The notes under the pieces are model-generated. The model ran no database searches. It was not told where the DNA came from and saw only the letters and a program-made list of their open reading frames with translations. Made by a program: the position numbers and the translations under genes. Positions 49,708 to 59,429 of a DNA stretch of 64,000 bases are shown here, one piece after another (the first letter of the stretch is position 1; the number at the start of each line of letters is the position of its first letter). Source of the stretch: Candidatus Latescibacterota bacterium (GTDB lineage Bacteria > Latescibacterota > UBA2968); NCBI GenBank assembly GCA_965204375.1, contig OZ241986.1, positions 3,712,001-3,776,000 of the forward strand, given 5' to 3'.

Positions 49708-49873
49708 GGTAAATGATTGTCCAACCCAAAAATTGAAATAAAACCAAGTTATGAAAATGGGAAAAACAGCCAAAAAAAAGACGCCAAAAACAAGGTCTGA
49801 CGACTCTAAAAATGAGAGAACAAAGGCATTATATCAGAATCTTAGGGTACAATGCTTTGTTCGTTCAGGTTGG

Positions 49874-50167
49874 TTACTTGTGAAGACTTCTGGCGTCTCG
49901 AAGATGGTCGAGAAGATTTGAAATTTCATCAGCGAACCTGGCTTTAAAGACGGGGGTTGCGTCCGCAAGAGCGGCGTTTAGGGGCAAGTTATTGCTGGGA
50001 GAATTTTCTATGGCTTCTTGAAAACCTTCTAATTCTTCTATGAGGGTGTCTATGGCTTTGGTAGGCAATTGAAGAACAGACATTGTGATTATATACCAGT
50101 TAAAGCTAATTCGTGCGTTTAATTCTTCAAGTTTTGCTTCCAAACCTTCGATCTTATTGTCATTCAT
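49874..50167 (-). CDS. Hypothetical helical protein
   Basis: 97-aa ORF with AAGGAG RBS, downstream of the Sel1 gene. Confidence 0.55.
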   Translation of the reverse strand: MNDNKIEGLEAKLEELNARISFNWYIITMSVLQLPTKAIDTLIEELEGFQEAIENSPSNNLPLNAALADATPVFKARFADEISNLLDHLRDARSLHK

Positions 50168-51130
50168 ATTTTACTCCTTTTCTTGACTATTAACAAATTG
50201 CCCTTGCCTGGACACTTTAGTTTTCCTAAATTTAAAGTGACCATGCAAGGTTGTTTGAGATTAGAGGGTCGTGTCTCTGCGAAAGACACGGCCTTTTTTT
50301 ATTTTGACAAAAGGGATTCCCCGTTCTTCTCCATCCATTCAAATGCGAGACTTTGTGCCGTAGAAACTTCTTCTCTTGTCATCACTTTAGCGAGTTGATC
50401 GCGGAGTTTGGCAGCCTTCTCGTCGCCATGCGCTGAGGCAAGGTTAAGCCACATATGGGCAACTGTGTCACTTTGTATGACACCATGGCCTTCCGCATGC
50501 ATTAGGCCAAGCATGCCCATAGCTTCAGCGTTTCCATTCTCTATGGCCTTGCGAATCCATTTAACCGCTTCTTTGTAGTTTTGTGGCACGCCTTGACTAT
50601 AATAATACATTATACCAAGTTCGCGTTGGGCATCGCTATTTCCTTGTGTTGCAGCTTTTATAAACCATTTCATGGCTTCTGAAAAATTTTGATTTATTTT
50701 GCCAGTGCGAAACATAAACCCAAGCAAATACTGAGCATGTTCTTGACCTTGTTCGGCTGCTTTATAGAACCATTTTGCAGCCTTGTTAAAATCCTGCTTT
50801 ACGCCATAATTTCCCTGATAATACGCAAGGCCAATTAGGGTTTTTGATATGCCACATCCATTCATCGCTGCCCTATGGTACCATACCATTGCTAAGGAAT
50901 CGTTTTGGGTTACACCTTTGCCGAGAGCATACGCATCTCCAAGTAAACGTTGGGACAGATACCAATCTTGCTTAGCGGATTTGCGAAACCATCTTATCGC
51001 TTCTGAAAAATCTTGTTTTAAATACTGCCCATTCCAGCAAAGCAAGCCAAGAACATATTGAGCAAGAACGTCGTCGTTTTCAGCGGCATATCTATATAAC
51101 TCGACTCCTTTTTTTTCGTCTTTTTTTACA

Positions 51131-52514
51131 CAATGGTTCGGACAAAATTAAGCGGCGATATTGCCATAATTGATTAGATATTGATATTTGGGCGATTTTT
51201 TTATGCACTTGGGGTCAAGATCAAAGATTGCAAAAATCTTTTCGAGAAAAAAAGCGTTGAAATAACAGGCTTTTATGCTTGCCATAGAAAAGGGCTTTTT
51301 TGGGGTATCTGCTTGGGCTTGTAGGTGCTCTGCTTTGGATAGATTGAGCGTTGTTAAGGCCGCATTGAAATGGAAGTCGAGGCGTTGTTGGTCTCGGGTC
51401 TGTGCATCGGATAGGCCAGTAAACTGTTTGGCATCGCGAAAGATAAATTCAATCTGGAAGCGTGCCTTGTAATACGTCAGGATTGTTTGGGCATCCAAAT
51501 CGGTATCGGTAGAGAACAAAATCACATAGTTTTTCTTGTTCTTGATCTTCTCATTGACCAAGACGACGACTTTGAGATTTCTTTTGAAGCACTTATGATT
51601 GATCACCAGGCTATACAAGGCCATGTCCTCTTGTGTGTGGTGATAGGTGAAGCGCGATACGTCTTGCCAATCCACTTTGCCATCATAAACCTTTTGCCTG
51701 CCAGAGCCTTTTTCACGTTTGGGACCTGTGTAAAGATAGCGCATATTCGCGTCGCATCGCAACTTGCCGATTTGGTGTAGCTTGAGGTTCGTCACGCCAT
51801 CAATGAATGTTTTCTTGCTAAAATACCCATCCACAGCAAGATAGGTTTCATCGGCTTTTAAGTAGGGTTGGACATCTCGCAAGTGCTGTAAATACTGATC
51901 AATGCGGGTTTCCTCATCCTCTGTTTCGGCTTTTTGGTTCGCACGCGTGGGAACGGTTTGAGCAACTTTGAGCGTAAAGGCGGTGTTTTTGTCCACATCA
52001 AGCAGGGCAACGCCACAGATTTCTAAGCCCTTTTCTTTTTTCGATTGGCAGCCATTCCAAAAGTGGTCTAAGCCATAGGTCTTTTTCCCTGACTTGGGGA
52101 TAAAAGAGGCATCTAAGGCCAGGATACGTGCAGATGCTTGGTCTTGATCTTGGTCTTGATCCTGGTCTTGATCTATACATTCATTGATGATGGCACGGTT
52201 GAACGCCATAAAGTTAAAGGATTTGTCAAATTGGCGTGCGTATGTGCGCTCACTGTAATGGGAATAACGTGAAAGGTTGCGAAAATTGATTTTGCCTCGT
52301 GCAATGAGTATGGTAGTAAAAAGCGTGATGAGAAACTTTTTTTGGGGTTTGCATAAGTTTATCCGATTGAGTATCTTTTCTGCCAGTTCCATTGTGCCGT
52401 CTCACTTGTTTGGATTGTCGTTGATTTGGATATCTTTGACATCCAATCTGCGTGAACGGCACTTTTTTGTCTATGATTTTTTGTAACCTTTAAAAAAAAC
52501 TGTCCGAAGTATTG
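51131..52514 (-). mobile_element. Complete 1384-bp IS (IS4/IS701-related DDE), 14-bp IRs, 6-bp TSD
   Basis: IRs CAATGGTTCGGACA / CAATACTTCGGACA; TSD TTTACA at 51125-51130 and 52515-52520. Confidence 0.9.
51148..52392 (-). CDS. DDE transposase
   Basis: LALDASFIPKSGK, AVDGYF, YKARFQIEFIFRDAKQ (YREK-like). Confidence 0.92.
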   Translation of the reverse strand: MELAEKILNRINLCKPQKKFLITLFTTILIARGKINFRNLSRYSHYSERTYARQFDKSFNFMAFNRAIINECIDQDQDQDQDQDQASARILALDASFIPKSGKKTYGLDHFWNGCQSKKEKGLEICGVALLDVDKNTAFTLKVAQTVPTRANQKAETEDEETRIDQYLQHLRDVQPYLKADETYLAVDGYFSKKTFIDGVTNLKLHQIGKLRCDANMRYLYTGPKREKGSGRQKVYDGKVDWQDVSRFTYHHTQEDMALYSLVINHKCFKRNLKVVVLVNEKIKNKKNYVILFSTDTDLDAQTILTYYKARFQIEFIFRDAKQFTGLSDAQTRDQQRLDFHFNAALTTLNLSKAEHLQAQADTPKKPFSMASIKACYFNAFFLEKIFAIFDLDPKCIKKSPKYQYLINYGNIAA

Positions 52515-52665
52515 TTTACAATGCCTTTACCAAAAAAGTAGAAATTCCCAAGCTGGTAATAGGCACGAATATCCCCTTGTTCAGCCTTCTCTTTTATTTC
52601 TTGAAAAGATTCTCCATGTGCGGGGAGTGTCACAAGCAAACAAAATACAATACTGAAACGCCACA

Positions 52666-53037
52666 TCACTGTCCCCTTTCTGACAAGACAACGTGTATGT
52701 TATGCGTGTGGTCATGCTTGAAAATTGGGCGGCCAATCGTGGGTTTGGTCAAGTTACTTGGCGGATACTCGGCTTGAAAATAGTTTACCTTATACCCTAA
52801 ATCTTCCATTGCCCCTATCGTCACTTTTGTCAATACACTACCAGGCATCCCGTAGGGCTGCATAATGTCCCATTGAAGCTCTGGAAACCGCCAGTGCGAA
52901 GTTCCTGTCATTGGAACGCGGAGATCGGGAATGCCAAAGACCAACTTTTCGCCCATGTAGTGATACAGAATTTCCCGATAGGCAGCTATGGCGTTTGCGC
53001 CATTGAAAAACGGAATTACCTTTGCAGTATGTCCTGC
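52666..53037 (-). pseudogene. 5'-truncated leishmanolysin (M8)-like metallopeptidase remnant
   Basis: FNGANAIAAY...SHWR...IM...LTKVTIGAMEDLGYKVNY; no HExxH; in-frame stop upstream at 53038-53040. Confidence 0.6.
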
Positions 53038-53180
53038 TCAATATACAACAGCAAGAACAAGAGTTCCGAAAATGCATTCGGTTACTGATTAATCCCCCGT
53101 ATTTTAACGCTCATTAGGTTTTGTCGTGTACTATGACTTTTTTTATAAAGCAGTGTAGCAGCATCACAATGGATGGTCGT

Positions 53181-53372
53181 TTATTTTAGGGACGCTGTCT
53201 GCCCTGCGAACTTAGAGCCTTGCAATTCCTGGAATAATTGCACTTGATCTGAATACTTCGTATTGAACGATTTTAAATAGGCTATGTATTTATCCGAATT
53301 ATGATCACATACTTTAGACATAAGCTTCCGGCTTTCTCGGATATTTTCAATCAATTCGTGATATGTATCCAT
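53181..53372 (-). CDS. Small protein, probable partner of the PIN toxin
   Basis: 63 aa, 2 bp after the PIN gene; LIENIRESR...HNSDKYIAYL. Confidence 0.6.
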   Translation of the reverse strand: MDTYHELIENIRESRKLMSKVCDHNSDKYIAYLKSFNTKYSDQVQLFQELQGSKFAGQTASLK

Positions 53373-53374
53373 GA

Positions 53375-53848
53375 CTATTCATCTCCCATGAGTTCCAGAG
53401 GGGTTATTAACATTGGCACATAAAGCCCTAAAAGAGTATTGATCCGGCGAATATGTCCCGCCTTATTGGCATTGGCGAGGTGTTCACAATTCCAGGTCAA
53501 AAGATAATCGAATTTATGAAATGATGCCAAAGCCAAATGCAATGCATCGCCAAGCGGATCACGAGGCATAACATGATGTTCAATATAGACATCTACAATT
53601 TTACCAATTTCATCTTCAGGTGCGACGGCTGGCAAAGTCATCGCCAAATTGAGAGCTTCCTTTCGATGGGGTAGATTTCCGGTATCCAATTCAGCCAAAA
53701 CAGCCGTACTGGTCGCTATCAGGTAACGGTGCCGATGGTTGTCCCACCATTGGCGTGTCCAACCCTGCATCGCAATTGCTGCGGGACTCGTGCGCCTCTC
53801 AAAATAGAAGCTAAAAATAGATGTTTCAAGATAAACCGTTTGAGCCAC
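53375..53848 (-). CDS. PIN-domain (VapC-like) toxin
   Basis: VYLETSIFS, VLAEL, DALHLALA, LLTWNCEHLAN, TPLEL; GTG start. Confidence 0.85.
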   Translation of the reverse strand: MAQTVYLETSIFSFYFERRTSPAAIAMQGWTRQWWDNHRHRYLIATSTAVLAELDTGNLPHRKEALNLAMTLPAVAPEDEIGKIVDVYIEHHVMPRDPLGDALHLALASFHKFDYLLTWNCEHLANANKAGHIRRINTLLGLYVPMLITPLELMGDE

Positions 53849-54091
53849 AGGTCAAAGTCCTTTCACTTAATATTTTTTTGGTCAATGGATCTGTGACCCA
53901 AAAATTGAATACATGATCCGAGTCTGGATAGAGGTCTGTCAGGACATTCACTAAACGGGGTGACAAATTTTGATCCATTGCCAATTTAAAAGTTGAAATT
54001 ATTGCGTCCTACAAAGAAGATTGCGCGAAAAGCAATTCTGAGATACATTTGAAAAATAAAATTCCAAACGCACAAATTCAGGAGACCCACC

Positions 54092-55363
54092 ATGATCCAG
54101 AGCGGTGTTGCAAGCGGAGACATCACGCCAGAACCAGGTCCAGTGCTTCAGGGGCATTGGAACACCAACCCATCGCATTCCGTGCTCTATCCATTGGAAG
54201 TACGGGCGGTTGTATTTGCCGAAGAAAACGCGCAAATAGCCATCGCCACACTCGACGTCATCGGCATAACCAAAGTCATCACTGACCGAATCCGAGCGCA
54301 GGTGGCAAGCGCGTGTGGAATCCCGGGAGACAGCGTAATGGTAGCGTGCAGCCACACGCACTGCGCCCTCCCCACACTGCCGTGTTTGGGCATGACACCC
54401 GACCCCGAATATATGGATCGCATAGTCGAAACCACCGCCGCGTGCATAGCCGAAGCAGCCGCAAATCTCCAGCCCGTAACCCTCGGCCTGGGATGTGGAT
54501 CCGCGCATTTCAACATCAACCGCCGTCCGCTCCCCGGAGCCTCGAGCATGACCTTGAACTACGGCGGCATCGTCGATCGCCGCGTGCGAGTCTTACACGT
54601 AACAAGAGCAAACAGCGCACCCCTCGCCACATTATTCCACTACGCCTGTCACCCGACCACATTGAGCGGCGCCAACGGCATCATCTCGCCCGATTACCCC
54701 GGCATTGCCCGCAACCGAATTGAACAAACCCTCGGTAGCAAAGCACTCTTCTTGCCCGGATGCTTTGGCAACATCCGCCCCGCCATCCTGAGCGAAACCG
54801 GAGGATTTGCCTCCGCCACCAGAGAACAATTAGACGCATGCGGTCACGAACTCGGCGATGAAGTATGCCGCGTAGCCACAGGACTAAACACCCGAAGTGC
54901 AGAAGGCATATCTGCCCGCCGCACCGACATTGCAATACCTTATGGCGACCTCATGCCCGAAGACGAACTGCAAAAGATGGCAGCAGACAAAAGCGACCGC
55001 GGACAATTATTAACAGGCCCCTGGGCAAGGCAGGTACTGGAAATGGCAGCATCAGACACCGTCCCAACCGAAAAACCCACCGAAATGCAACTCATGCAGG
55101 TAGGACCACTATCACTGATCACCATACCGGGCGAACCCGTACAGGAAATTGGACATGCAATGGAAAAAAGGCTGCGGGATATCAGCGAAGACCTGTGGCC
55201 CGTGGGCTATGCCAATGACGAAGTGGGATATTTGTGTACAGAGCGGCAATACGAAGAAGGCGGTTACGAACCAAACGCCTATCCGTATTACGGGGAACCC
55301 GCGCCATATCAGGGCGAAGAAGAGATCATCTTGCAAACAGCAGACGCTTTAGCACGGGACTAA
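54092..55363 (+). CDS. Neutral/alkaline ceramidase-like amidohydrolase
   Basis: DITP, CSHTHC, HYACHPT, SPDYPG, FLPGCFGNIRP, PGEP, GYAND..GY. Confidence 0.82.
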   Translation: MIQSGVASGDITPEPGPVLQGHWNTNPSHSVLYPLEVRAVVFAEENAQIAIATLDVIGITKVITDRIRAQVASACGIPGDSVMVACSHTHCALPTLPCLGMTPDPEYMDRIVETTAACIAEAAANLQPVTLGLGCGSAHFNINRRPLPGASSMTLNYGGIVDRRVRVLHVTRANSAPLATLFHYACHPTTLSGANGIISPDYPGIARNRIEQTLGSKALFLPGCFGNIRPAILSETGGFASATREQLDACGHELGDEVCRVATGLNTRSAEGISARRTDIAIPYGDLMPEDELQKMAADKSDRGQLLTGPWARQVLEMAASDTVPTEKPTEMQLMQVGPLSLITIPGEPVQEIGHAMEKRLRDISEDLWPVGYANDEVGYLCTERQYEEGGYEPNAYPYYGEPAPYQGEEEIILQTADALARD

Positions 55364-55365
55364 AC

Positions 55366-56622
55366 ATGAAACACATCGATATACCTTATGGCCGAGGAGC
55401 CGTATCTGTTCAAACAGACCCCAAACTCGCGCACTGGGATGTAATCCGCCCTGCATTTGAACCCGCACTCGAAGACCCCAAACGGCTCTTTAATGAAGCC
55501 GTGCGCGATCCCATCGGCACAAAACCGCTCAGAGAAATAGTCAAGCCCTCCGACCGGGTCGTAATCGCAACATCCGACGGCACCCGCCCCGTCCCCAACA
55601 AACAACTGATCCCCTATCTACTCGAAGAACTGCCCGTATCCCCCGACCAGATAACCGTATTGATCGGCACGGGCACGCACAGGCCAAATACAAAGCGCGA
55701 AATTGTCGAAATGTTTGGCGAAGAGATGGTTCGCCGCGTACGCATTGTCAACCACGATGCATTTAGCGAGACGCAAAACGAGCGGGTAGGCAAAACTGCG
55801 GACGGAACAACCGTATTTTTGAACCGGGAATACATCAATGCAAATGTGCGCATTGCCCTCGGATTTATCGAACCGCACTTCTTTGCGGGCTTCTCGGGGG
55901 GTCCCAAAGCAGTCGCGCCCGGCGTGGCGAGCATTGAAACCATTTTTCGACTGCATCGCGCCGAACTGATCGCCGACCCAAACAGCACCTATGGCGTACT
56001 CCACGAAAATCCACTACACCGGGAAATTCGCGAATGCGTCGCCCTGTGTCCCCCGGATTTCTTGCTCAACGTGACACTCAATGCAGAAAAGAAAATCTCG
56101 GGATATTACGCGGGCGACCTCTCCCTTGCCCATGCAAAAGGATGCGCCGATGTAAAAGCCTCGGCAATGGTACCCGTCGAAACACCCTTCCCACTGGTGG
56201 TCACATCCAACAGCGGCTTTCCCCTGGATCAAAACCTGTATCAAACCGTAAAAGGCATCTCAGCCGCAGCGCGTATCGTAACCGACGGCGGAACAATTCT
56301 CGTAGCGAGTGCGTGCAGCGATGGCGTACCCGATCACGGCAATTTTGCGGCATTGATGCGCGAAGGTCATACACCTGCAGACGTAATAGAATCGGTCTAT
56401 GCACGCGAACCGATCCTCGACCAGTGGCAGGCGCAAATTCTATCGGGCATATTAGATCGCGTAAACGTAAAAGTCTATACCGAAATGGACAGCAATGAAG
56501 TCCGCGCCTGCAAACTACAGGTCATACCCGACCTCAACAAAGCGATCCACGAGCACCTGGAATCCCGAGATAATCGCATAGCCGTATTGCCCGATGGCCC
56601 CCTGGTCATCCCCTACCTATGA
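55366..56622 (+). CDS. larA: Nickel-pincer-dependent lactate racemase (LarA) family protein
   Basis: SDGTRP, GTGTHR, VNHD, PHFFAGFSGGPK, PLDQNLYQTVKG, DQWQ. Confidence 0.85.
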   Translation: MKHIDIPYGRGAVSVQTDPKLAHWDVIRPAFEPALEDPKRLFNEAVRDPIGTKPLREIVKPSDRVVIATSDGTRPVPNKQLIPYLLEELPVSPDQITVLIGTGTHRPNTKREIVEMFGEEMVRRVRIVNHDAFSETQNERVGKTADGTTVFLNREYINANVRIALGFIEPHFFAGFSGGPKAVAPGVASIETIFRLHRAELIADPNSTYGVLHENPLHREIRECVALCPPDFLLNVTLNAEKKISGYYAGDLSLAHAKGCADVKASAMVPVETPFPLVVTSNSGFPLDQNLYQTVKGISAAARIVTDGGTILVASACSDGVPDHGNFAALMREGHTPADVIESVYAREPILDQWQAQILSGILDRVNVKVYTEMDSNEVRACKLQVIPDLNKAIHEHLESRDNRIAVLPDGPLVIPYL

Positions 56623-56632
56623 TCCCTGGGAC

Positions 56633-56693
56633 GGGCAGGCACGAGCGGTTTACAACGGGTCGCAGTCCAGACCCGTTCACGCACTGCCCCTAC
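56633..56693 (-). repeat. GTAG-type REP-like palindrome with a nested hairpin
   Basis: Minus strand GTAGGGGCAG...CTGCCC; inner AACGGGTC/GACCCGTT. Confidence 0.65.
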
Positions 56694-56695
56694 AT

Positions 56696-56726
56696 CATCT
56701 GCGTCTATCTGCGTCCATCTGCGGAT
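56696..56726. repeat. 10-bp-period tandem repeat (ATCTGCGTYY)
   Basis: ATCTGCGTCTATCTGCGTCCATCTGCGGAT; reverse-complement family member at 63882-63912. Confidence 0.7.
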
Positions 56727-56733
56727 ACGCTCC

Positions 56734-58314
56734 TCAAACAGGACCCGCCTCTATAATCTCATCGCTGACCCCATCTTCAAACTGCTTGAAATTCTCCTTA
56801 AACAACCGCGCCAGATACGTGGCCCTCGCGTCGTATTCAGAAGGATTGGACCACGTTGCACGCGGAGACAAAATACTACCCGTAACATCTGGACAGGTTT
56901 TTGGAACCTCAAAACCAAAGCGCGGGTCTGTTTCGCACGCCACATCTGTCAAAGCACCATTGTGTATCGCCCGAATAATTGAGCGGGTATTCGTCAACGT
57001 AATGCGCCTACCAACACCGTAGCCACCGCCCGACCAGCCCGTATTGACCAGCCACACATCCGAATTGTGTTGCTGGATCTTTTCTGCCAGTTGCTCGGCG
57101 TACTTCCCCGGATGCCACACGAGAAAAGGCGCGCCAAAACAGGCCGAAAAAGAAGCCTGTGGTTCGGTAACACCCATCTCTGTACCCGCGACCTTAGCCG
57201 TATAACCGCTGATAAAATGGTACATCGCCTGTGCAGGCGTGAGCTTGCTCACCGGAGGCAAAACACCAAACGCATCGCAAGTCAAAAAAATGACATTTTT
57301 CGGATGACCACTCACACATGGAATTTGTGCATTGGGAATATACTCGATGGGATATGCCGCGCGCGTATTTTCCGTAATTGTATCATCGTCGTAATTAACC
57401 ACGCGCGTGTTCTCGTCAAAAACGACATTTTCGAGCACCGTCCCAAAACGGATCGCATTGTAAATCTCCGGCTCGCGCGCTTGCGAAAGACCAATGCACT
57501 TGGCGTAACAACCGCCCTCAAAATTAAAAATACCGCGATCGCTCCACCCGTGTTCATCATCGCCAATAAGACGGCGCCGTGGCTCGGCGGAAAGCGTCGT
57601 TTTTCCCGTACCCGACAGACCAAAAAAGAGCGCCGTATCACCCGCTGCACCCACATTGGCCGAACAGTGCATCGACAAAATATCCTGCTTGGGCAAAACA
57701 TAGTTCAGAACCGTGAAAACACCTTTCTTCATCTCACCCGCATATTCCGTCCCCAAAATAACCATCTCTTGCAATTCAAAACTCACATCCACACTCGTAG
57801 TCGAGGTCATTTCAACTGTATATCGGTTCGCGGGAAATCTGCCAGCATTAAAAATGACATAATCCGGCTCGCCAAAATTTTCAAGCTCTGTGCGCGAGGG
57901 ACGCATAAGCATATTGTGCATAAACAGAGCATGGTAGGCACGGGCGCAAACAACCCGCACCTTAACGCGATATTTGGGATCCCAACCCGCATAACCGTCA
58001 ACCACATAGATGCGATCACAAACATTGAGATAATCGATAGCCCGCTCTCTATTAATCAGAAACGTGCGCTCATCGAGCTTGATATTGACCTCACCCCACC
58101 AGATATCATCCGCACTATCGGGATGATGCACAATGCGTTTATCCTCTGGACTGCGCCCGGTCTTTTCTCCCGAGCGCACAATGAGTGCCCCAGTACTCGT
58201 AATAGTCGATCCGGTCTCGTGGGTCAGTGCCTCCTCGTAAAGCACCGCAGGCGAAGCATTGCGCAAAATAAGCGGCCTGGTGATATTGTAGCGTTCCAAA
58301 TTTATTCCGGTCAT
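56734..58314 (-). CDS. pckA: Phosphoenolpyruvate carboxykinase (ATP)
   Basis: [57 protein letters not shown]. Confidence 0.96.
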   Translation of the reverse strand: MTGINLERYNITRPLILRNASPAVLYEEALTHETGSTITSTGALIVRSGEKTGRSPEDKRIVHHPDSADDIWWGEVNIKLDERTFLINRERAIDYLNVCDRIYVVDGYAGWDPKYRVKVRVVCARAYHALFMHNMLMRPSRTELENFGEPDYVIFNAGRFPANRYTVEMTSTTSVDVSFELQEMVILGTEYAGEMKKGVFTVLNYVLPKQDILSMHCSANVGAAGDTALFFGLSGTGKTTLSAEPRRRLIGDDEHGWSDRGIFNFEGGCYAKCIGLSQAREPEIYNAIRFGTVLENVVFDENTRVVNYDDDTITENTRAAYPIEYIPNAQIPCVSGHPKNVIFLTCDAFGVLPPVSKLTPAQAMYHFISGYTAKVAGTEMGVTEPQASFSACFGAPFLVWHPGKYAEQLAEKIQQHNSDVWLVNTGWSGGGYGVGRRITLTNTRSIIRAIHNGALTDVACETDPRFGFEVPKTCPDVTGSILSPRATWSNPSEYDARATYLARLFKENFKQFEDGVSDEIIEAGPV

Positions 58315-58378
58315 ACAATGAACTCCTTTCGGGATCAGGGTGATCAGGATGGTCTCCAGCGGCAATCAGCAAAACCTC

Positions 58379-58439
58379 CTGGATCGCGGCTCAAGCATGC
58401 CCCGTAGTGTTTTTATACGGGGATCATGCCGCGATGACG
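58379..58439. repeat. CGTC-type REP-like palindrome with a nested hairpin
   Basis: CTGGATCGCGGC...GCCGCGATGACG enclosing CCCCGTA/TACGGGG. Confidence 0.6.
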
Positions 58440-58577
58440 AGTGCCTTTAACGTCTCGCCTCTCAAAATATATCATACAAGACACTTCAAACCAAATATTA
58501 CTCCGCGCCCAAAAATTCCTTCATTATTTAAAAAATAGTCATTATATTTCGCGTCTGACCATCAATCGGAGGAAAAC

Positions 58578-59429
58578 ATGTCCAAAAAATGGTTGCGCGT
58601 TGCCGCATGTCAAATGCATGCCAATGAGAACATCGAAAAAAACACATGTGGGGTCATCGACCGTCTGAACACCTGTGCGCGTGAAAAAGTAGATATAGCT
58701 GCATTTCACGAAGGTGTTTTATACGGCTATAGCAACTGCCCCGACTTCTGGTCAAACCTGGATCAAACGCGCATTGAAAAAGCCGAACGGCAAATTATAC
58801 AGATATGCCGTGAAAAAGGCATTGCCGCAATCGTAGGCTCAACCCATCTCGAAAACGGGCAACGCTACAACAGCCTGCTCGTCATAGATCGCGATGGCAC
58901 AGTACAGGGGCGCTATGGCAAAATACATCTGGCGGGTGAAAAATGGTGTGAACCCGCGCAACACCTGCCCATTTACCACTTGTGCGGCGTACCCTGTTGT
59001 TTTTTAATCTGTCACGACATACGATATCCCGAACTCGTGAGATTGCCCGCCGCAGCCGGTGCAAAAATCTGCTTCTTCGCCAGTTGTGAAAGCTCTGTCA
59101 CCTCAGAGCACAAATTGTCGGCCTATCGCGCCATGCCCATCAGCCGCGCAACCGAAAATGACATTTACGTCGTCATGGCAAACGCGCCCGCCGACCCCCT
59201 GGACATCAACCGCGCGGGATCTTCCCACGGCGAATCAAAAATCATCCATCCAAATGGCAACGTCATAGTCGAGGCCGGCATATTCACGGACGAGATCATA
59301 ATCCGCAAATTAGACCTCCATCAGGCATCGCGCAACATCGCATTGCGAGCCGTGAATGACACAACGCGTCTGCGCGAATGGATGAAAAAAGGCGTAAAAT
59401 TAGTAGATTTTGAAAAGGAGCATTCATGA
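58578..59429 (+). CDS. Carbon-nitrogen hydrolase (nitrilase superfamily)
   Basis: E-K-C triad: FHEG, YGKIHL, ICHDIRYPE; RATEN. Confidence 0.88.
   Translation: MSKKWLRVAACQMHANENIEKNTCGVIDRLNTCAREKVDIAAFHEGVLYGYSNCPDFWSNLDQTRIEKAERQIIQICREKGIAAIVGSTHLENGQRYNSLLVIDRDGTVQGRYGKIHLAGEKWCEPAQHLPIYHLCGVPCCFLICHDIRYPELVRLPAAAGAKICFFASCESSVTSEHKLSAYRAMPISRATENDIYVVMANAPADPLDINRAGSSHGESKIIHPNGNVIVEAGIFTDEIIIRKLDLHQASRNIALRAVNDTTRLREWMKKGVKLVDFEKEHS

Larger units (their letters stand above)
50299..52666 (-). pseudogene. Secreted Sel1-repeat protein interrupted by an IS
   Basis: 5' part MWRFSIVFCLLVTLPAHGE...KAEQGD..AYYQLG..YFFGKGIV joins in frame to KKDEKKGVELYRYAAEND... and Sel1 repeats once the IS and one TSD are removed. 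Confidence 0.88.

Noticed and set aside
47670-54000. Prophage or integron
   Set aside because: No integrase, phage structural genes or attC-like sites were recognised
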